A stretch of 64,000 nucleotides of DNA from Octopus vulgaris (taxonomy: Eukaryota), in the NCBI GenBank assembly GCA_951406725.2, contig OX597832.1, positions 66,526,001-66,590,000 of the forward strand. The letters run 5' to 3'. Below are positions 56,010 through 64,000 of the stretch, in pieces. How positions within the stretch are numbered: position 1 is the stretch's first letter; each line of letters begins with the position of its first letter. The notes below the pieces were generated by a model. It saw nothing but the letters and a program-made list of their open reading frames with translations. It did not search any database and was not told where the DNA came from. A program made the translations under genes and the position numbers.

Positions 56010-57926
56010 GTATATGTATGTGAATATATATATGTATGTATACACGAACTTTAATCTACGTAGAGAGACAAGTAGGCAAAGGGGGAGAGAGAATGAGATT
56101 CATAGATACACATGCATACACACAAATATAGACCTCAATAATAGAATTTCAGAGATCTTCTAGAAATTGACATTTGCCAAATTCTGCAAGAATAGTTAGA
56201 TATTAATATTACTTCCATGATGTTTTTCAAGCGTATATAACAAGTAGAACCTATTCAAGCTTTAATTACAGTCTCTTTATTGCGCCGGGAGCAGAGTATT
56301 TCAAGTGTCACGAGTTACAACAACTGCCGCTGATGCGGTTATATTAAGATAATCAACCGTCAGATTACCAATTTATAACTAATTTGCACACATTTTTAAA
56401 ATTGTAAAATTGCAACTAAGATCAAAACAATCACTTGATCTACTGGGCCTATCCCAATCAACAGCGTTTCTTCTTTAATAAAGTCTTGATTGGAACGCAT
56501 CTGACGAGAAGCCAAACATAATAAGAGCACTGTTTGAGAACCAATGACGCAACAACAATAGCGGACATATACAAACTGTGAAAAATTCGTGTTTCGTTTT
56601 CCTTTATTTCTCTTGTTGTGTTCAAATTCTCCATGTGCAGAAAAAAATCTTATGACAGAGTATAGCATTAACTATAAATTATATCTTATACAATATTAGT
56701 GTCAGATTTGAATAAAAAATACCACAAGGACGTGTTAATTAGGAGTTTTCAATTGAAATCGAACTTTATTTGCATACTCACGATTACGCAACTAATCGTA
56801 GCAGAAACAACATTTCAAGTCGTTAACGGTTTGCTTAACCTATGTTTGAATACAATTACTGCGGTACAGAATGGCTTATGAAAAATGCATACATATATAC
56901 ATAGCAACAAGTGCCTTCAGGAATTTAGGCCCAGAATAGACTCTATGCCAGTTTCGGACGTAGATAGTTCAAGCTAAATTCATGGTTTTATAGAATTTTT
57001 TAAGGATTCACTTTTCATATTTCAGATCTGTATAGTTCTATCGTTAAAGATCAGTAGCTTCAAATCGCTCGAAGTCTCTAAATTTAACGTTTCACAATCC
57101 TGGCTGGTAAGGATATAAATTTCTATAATGAATCGAGAAAATTCGGATTGTTTCTTCAGGAAAATTGTTTGGAAGAGTTATCGTAGTTCACACACAATAA
57201 TCTACATGCTAATATTTATAGCTTTATTTATTTCGACTTCTACCGATAAAAATTACGTACTTCGTATCTCTGAATGCTTCTAAATTATTATTTGTAAAGT
57301 CTCTCACACATGCACGCACGCAAACAAACACGTGCACACACCCACACACACACACACATAATATTTATATTTTAGTGGATTTATTCCTTTGCTATGCTGA
57401 ATTTCGCCTATAGATTCACAGAATATTCAGTCAAAACTAGCTGCTGTTGTGAAATTCCAACGGGAGATTAACTCGACAACAAGATATCTGTACTATGGTA
57501 TCGGATACCTGTTCTTCCGACATTCAACACTAAACAGATAACTACATATAGACATAGAGTGAGAAAGAGAGAGGGAGAAAGAGAGAGAGATTGAGAGAGT
57601 GACTGAGAGATAGATAAATAGATAGAGAGAGAAATGGAGAGATGGAGAGAGAACCATATACTCATATATGTATACCTGGGCAACCTGTTACCTTAGATTA
57701 ATTCAAAGGCTGTCGTGTTCCAACGTTTATTAACCTAAGTCATTCTCCCCGACAATCTCTCTTTTTTTTTTTTCATGTGTAGGATACAATGCAGTAGATT
57801 TATCCAATGTGTTACTTGTAACGACTGCGTCTATTAGTTGAGCATTATAGTCATTCGATCTAACAAAACTCCATTATATATATGTGTGTATTTATGTGTG
57901 TGTGTGTGTGCGCGCGCGCGTGTGTC

Positions 57927-57958
<32 letters not shown>

Positions 57959-58399
57959 TGTTTGTGTGTGTGTTGTGTTCTTTAATACTCGCCCTCACAA
58001 AGAACTATCAAGAGGTTTCACTAGTCTGCAGTATGATGCAGATAAAATTATCGATGACAAAGGGGTATAAACATTATCAATTAGCTGACATTAAGCCTTT
58101 TTTAGATCTAGAGAATTAAGTGATGGGTTGCACTATACTGAAGAGCTTTTACTTTATTGAAAAAAGCTGTCGCTAGCTGAACATTCATGTTTAACACATT
58201 AATTACACTGAGGTAAAGCTGCTTATAGCAAACATAATTTATAATAAATCTTCCTCATGTCTTATTTAGAAAGTAAACAAAATGCAACAGTAGAATGAAC
58301 TGAAGTAAATTTAAAATCTCAAACAAAATACTCCCATCAAAATGAGATGATTCTGGTGGGTAATGCAGTTTTAGATATACAGGAAGAGTGGATGCTTAC

Positions 58400-58420
58400 C
58401 ACAATCCTCCTGAGTCAGAC
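58400..58420 (-). CDS. Candidate 21-nt microexon of an unidentified minus-strand gene
   Basis: Acceptor ctgctttatttctttcacAG, donor GTG|gtaagc; GTCTGACTCAGGAGGATTGTG reads xLTQEDC(G) in phase 1-1. Confidence 0.55.
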
Positions 58421-59829
58421 CTGTGAAAGAAATAAAGCAGAACGAAATATATAATCATGATATTCGGCTAATGAAGGACATTTTACACAGTAGCCACCCA
58501 TGCTGAAATGGTAGCCATATCATTAATCAATCATACACTGCTTAAAAAATATATCGGGAGCAACATACTGGAGGGTGTATTCCTAGAAATATTTATTCAC
58601 AGCGACTCTAATAAATACGCAGTAGTGAAGCCAATGACGGTGTCTGTTCAGTAAGAACTGCCTGGGGAATACTTTACAAAAATAATAGCAACAAAGTACG
58701 TGACTGAGTTTTAAAAAAACCTTTCTCTATTCAATGATGGTGTGTAAAAGAAAGTGAAATCGGATATAAATTTTTAATTTCATACACTGCATTTTAGATT
58801 GATTACTTGTGAAATGTTACTTCGGAATAGGTTCAGTTCTTTAAATTATTTTGCTTAATGTGTTTATTTGTGTTTATTATTGTTCTTTGTTTTATCATAT
58901 TTTATTGTATTACTTTTTTTCTGTTTTCGATTTAGGGAATCTGTCACGACCTTGCCTTTGTCTACTGACGTGTTTTCATTATATCTAATTTAGACTCCTT
59001 GCCATGGTTCAGTACATTTAATTAATTTTATATGATGTAAGTTTTGTTTATATTTCAGAGTTCTCTGAATATAGATGTGTGTGTGTGTACGAATGTATCA
59101 ATCTATCTATGCACACACACACACACATACACACACACACATACACACGCACAGAATATATGCACCTGCACAGACTTATACACAAAGGCGCCCTCTAGTT
59201 TTCTTCCTGTAAGTTCAGTCAAAATTAGTATCATATCGAACTGAATAGTGTGATTTAAATATATATAAAAAAGCCAACAAATTAGCCAATATAGCAAAGT
59301 GTTGGTCGGAAGAGGCTGAGTGATGTTTATTTTGCTCGCATCTATTAGACCAATAATAGTGTTAAAGGCTAATTTATTTTTGTAATGTTATTGCTTGTCT
59401 CTGGGGGAATAGCACCAAGTCTGTATTCGAGAAACTAGAACTCACTACGTAAAGCGTAGAGATTTAATAAAACAATGTGTTTAAACCGATGATCGAAAAG
59501 ATGGTCCATTCACGATCAGAGAGGAACACAAATGCTGCAAATACAAATATTCGGGAGCCGTACTAAATTTCATTCTCTTTCGATCAGCTAAAACTACTAA
59601 CCACATAAGCCAAACCACAATGTAGGTATTTTCAAAAATCTCTCATTGAGTAAAGTGGTCTAGAATATACCAAGTATTTCAAAAAGGGTATTGTTATGTC
59701 TAAAATGTCCTTGGTAACGGAAATCCTTGGTGGTAGACAAATATTTTCACAGCAACAAGTAAATCTTGCTGCGACGTATCTTTGAGCTAGAGTTCACTCA
59801 CACTAGAACGATTGCATTTTCGTCGTTTG

Positions 59830-59938
<109 letters not shown>

Positions 59939-59950
59939 CACATGTATATA

Positions 59951-60345
59951 TCTTTATATATAAAAGTGAGGTTGTGTGCTGTCTGTCTCCTACGATTTAG
60001 ATTCCTAACTACTCCCACATTTTGCGGTGCAGTTTAACCAAAACCGGGTATCTTAAAGTCGTGATTCATATCAAGCCCTTCTGGGTATTAGCGCGCGTCT
60101 ACGATGAGTCTACGATTTTAAAAAAAAATTACCATCAATTTTTCCCATTTAATGCATTTTTGGCATATATAAGGGAAGTAACTCTCTAAAAATTTATTAT
60201 TAAATCTCAGATCGTAAAAAAGCTACAGTAACACACCCCCTTTGTGGTTAACCATATTGAGATGGCTATTATACTTTACATCTCATAAAATGCTTATATA
60301 GTTATTTCCCTTACAAACCCGAGCAACGCCGGGCGATACTGCTAG
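59951..60345 (+). mobile_element. Complete non-autonomous Helitron
   Basis: A|TC start (TCTTTATATATAAAAGTGAGG), subterminal hairpin CCCGAGCAACGCCGGG, CTAG end, no TSD. Confidence 0.85.
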
Positions 60346-60399
60346 AATATTATACATACATACATATAGCACCGTCAACATCGAAGTAGAAAGTTTAAA

Positions 60400-63100
60400 A
60401 TGTCCGCATCGAATGCCTTCCTCTAGAAATATGCCAATTTTTCCAGCCTAAAGCGATATCTGGTTTATTTCTCCAATAATTAATAAGAGAAACACCTCTT
60501 ACTCCCCAATGCAGCGCGATCCTGAACAGATTATATAATATACATCTACAGAACTTGGAATCTCACTAACACGATTATGGCTCAGAGTAACACGACCACC
60601 TAACAACGTCACCACCGATGAAAACTTGGACTCAAGAACTAAACTAAGATTTACATCGGTGCTATGAAAAACCTGAGATGAGCCTTCAATCGGATAGATG
60701 AAACGATTAAAACAATACTGTGCCGAAGCTCATCCCGACTTGAATATCTTCACGGTTAACATCTCCAACAAGCATCCTTTGTCAAAAAAAAAACAAAAAA
60801 AAACTCAACTGGTCCTCGATCCTCACAGGACACTGAAAATAGGCTAAAATCTTCCAGGAACGGCGTAAAAAATAATGTAAATAAATCACCGTTCCTGCCA
60901 CCGCTAGATTCGAGGGTGCCTTCAAATCTATCCCAGCAGCAAAGACGGCGGAACGCATCTAACTCAAAAACATTTTAAAATTACAATTCGCAAAAATTTT
61001 TACTACTCTCTCGAAGCTTCCTTTGAGCAACAGACCATTCCCAACACGAGTAAGAAAAAACCGACCGATTTAATTTCTAAGGCTATCGACGATGTTGCTG
61101 GAGAGCACATGGAATCATGGAATAGTAATTACTGGAATATTAATACTCTTATATACACAGCCGCTATTACTCTTAAAGAACACCTACGAGAAATCTACGG
61201 TGAACAAAGTAACGAAGTTACTGAACGGAAACCATCAAGACGGAAAACAAAACTTGAAGAAAACATCAACAGTAAAATGTAAAATGTAAGAAGAATGAGT
61301 TTTCACCTCGCCAACTCTACCTAAACAAAAATTAACGAAATTTTATGGCAATTCTTCAAACCGAGCTCTTGAGGGAACGCTAATCTCTTTAAAATTTGAA
61401 TTCAGGAAGATGAGCGAGAAACTCTGCTGTCGCATGCGAATGTTTGAACGTGCCATTGTTAATTGTAAATTTGTTTCCAAACTACAAACCTTATACAGAG
61501 AGATGAGGAAGGAAATCATTACCATTAACAATGCTCCCTCCCAAGAAGATCTACAATCATTCTGGTCAATAACTTGGAACGAAAAGAGCGATTTCATCTT
61601 GAATGCATCATGGTTGAATACAGTTGAGAGAGAATATTGTACCAACACTAACAGTAAAACATACAAAATTGATGCAGAAACCTTCTCTCTAGCAGTAGGC
61701 AAACATGCAAACCGGGAAGATATCTGGAAGGGACCTAATAGTTGGAAACTGTTACAAGAAGCTGGCATTTTATAGTAACCAGCAAGTATGTATATTCAAA
61801 AGAACTATGGAAGGTCAGAATGATATATAAGATTGGCTTGCTACAACAAGGACAAATCTTGTTGCCAAAAATGAAATCACCGAGATGAAATCAGGCCCAT
61901 TTATGGCCTAAACGTTATGTGCAAATTGTACACAAGCTGCCTCAAACAATTCCGCTAGGACCATTGTGAGTCGAACAGCATTTTGACTGATGAACAGGCT
62001 GGTGGAAAGAAGGGACTATGAGGATGTGCGGAACAGCTTTTATTAAACAAAGCTGTAATGTCTGAAGTAAGAAAACAACGTAGAAACTGTGTGACAGTAT
62101 GGTTTCACTATAAGACGGCATTCAACTATCACTCATTCATGGCTGCTGAAGGGCCTACATCTGGCAAAGGAACCTACTACCTTAATTGCTGGTAACAGAG
62201 TCTCACAAAGTCTTAACGTTACAACTGAGAACAGAATAATTGTTTCTGATCGCAGCGGCATTTAAAGGGAATATTCCAGGGAGATAGTGTTTCTCTACAT
62301 CTTTTCATTTTGGCACTGACTCCATTATCGTTCCTACTGCAGAAAACAAATGGTAGGATCTTCAACTGCTGGAAATATGAATTTAACTAATGCCAAAAAA
62401 CAACTGGAATTAATAACATTTTCAGCTGATATAGGCATAGAATTTGGCCGAAAGAAATGTTCATTTTTGGTTATAGAACGAGAAAAATCAGTCTCCCAAC
62501 CCCAAAATCTGTGCATCAACGGTCTCTCTATCCCCCCATTCCACACAATGAATGTTGCAAGTACCTAGGCATAGACGTAACTGTATCATATGAAGTACTG
62601 TGAATAAAGGTAGAGTGACCCGAGAATATTGCAGCAGACTTAGGAAAATATGGCAGTCGGAACTCTCCTTCTGCAGCAAAACAATATCCCACAATGCATT
62701 TGCTGTATCAGTGTTGATCTCAACATTTAAGATTATTGATTGGTCTGTAGAGAAATTCCACTCCATAGATCTCAAAATCCGCAAACTCCTGAAAACAACT
62801 GGGAACTTCTACGGAAACAGTAATGTCGACAGACTCTACTCAAGAATAAAGGTGGTAGAGGCTCTACTCAAGAATGAAGGTGGTAGAGGACTGAGATCAG
62901 TGCAGACGTCATGAAATAGAATTATAAAATCTCTCTGTTATAGAATACATTCATAAGCACAAAAACTGGGATTTTCGGAAAGAGAAATCGAGCGGCTAAT
63001 TCGTACGTTACAAGTCCAATCTGTGATAGGAACAGTAAAAATTTCGAATGCATCCATTGAGACATATGTCGATGATATGAAGATATAACTGATTTAATAA
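60400..63100 (+). pseudogene. Long degenerate R4/Dong-like LINE
   Basis: FWSITW, DEQAGGKKG..GCAEQLLLNKAVM, GIFQGDS, FGRKKC and SNVDRLY..GGRGL motifs across broken frames; boundaries approximate. Confidence 0.8.
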
Positions 63101-63264
63101 CATCTTGAGCGTCGGTATCCATTATCAAGTTTTCCTATGTTCTCCAAAATACGTCGCACTTCTCACCGGAATTAACTCCCACACAAGTCTGATCACTGAT
63201 TTTCTGGGACTCTTATGTGACATCTGGCTATGTTGTAATTACTTTCCAATAAATTTAACAGTCA

Positions 63265-63307
<43 letters not shown>

Positions 63308-63322
63308 ATATATATATATCTA

Positions 63323-63358
<36 letters not shown>

Positions 63359-63938
63359 GTTGTGTGTAATCTCTCTCTTTCTCTTTCCCTTTTCTCCCTT
63401 TCTCACTCTCTCCCCCTTTCTCTCTATCTTCTTATCTCTCTCTTCCTATACATCGTAGGAATCTTTCAAAGCTGGTATTGTAGATTAATATACAATCAAT
63501 GGTTGCTCCTCTCTTGCATTCTTCAATTTTGGAAATTGCCTCTGTTCGTGCGATGGTATTGATTATTAAAAGCGCTTATTTTGAAATGATTCATTTAGGT
63601 TTTACGATTTTCAATGTTAACCAGGGCTAGATGCAAGTATCTTTCCTTTTCCTTTTAATTGGTAACAGTTGAGTTTAGAATTGTTCTTTCATGTTGCCTA
63701 TACTATTCGATTGATTTGTGTTTTACTAAATCAGTATCTTGCTATTCATTATTAAAAATGTACTTGCTGCCTGTGTGCTCGCTCAATTTCACCCCCACAA
63801 CATATACGAAATATCTTTGTTTCGAAGTCATGAAATCTCAAAATCCAAGTTTCATCCCACAAATTCCTCTTGCATTTTCTTAATAATAATGGCAACGCGG
63901 AAGATCATAGGAACAGGATAATAATAATAATAATGATG

Positions 63939-63994
<56 letters not shown>

Positions 63995-64000
63995 GGAACT

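Overview
AT-rich, microsatellite-dense eukaryotic DNA. The SINE families, repeat landscape and base composition suggest a coleoid cephalopod such as Octopus (inference). No long intact gene is present; the long ORFs are either simple-repeat artefacts or decayed transposon ORFs. These include R4/Dong-like RLE LINEs sitting in (TAA)n tracts, a CR1/L2-like RT fragment, a full-length frameshifted mariner, a Penelope-like RT plus GIY-YIG fragment, non-autonomous Helitrons, a MITE and tRNA-derived SINEs. Two things are not visible in the ORF track. (1) Several unrelated small elements sit in (TA)n tracts, are built from tandem and inverted repeats like Penelope pseudo-LTRs or retrozymes, and carry type-I hammerhead ribozyme motifs. 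Cores look intact at 20705-20760, 21262-21317, 23242-23292 and 30721-30818, and are variant or decayed elsewhere. (2) A chain of tiny minus-strand exons (21, 37 and 47 nt, possibly also 105 nt) has strong splice sites and joins into one open frame. If real, most of the window is intronic and the best hammerheads lie in the sense strand of that pre-mRNA. All folds and alignments were made by eye.
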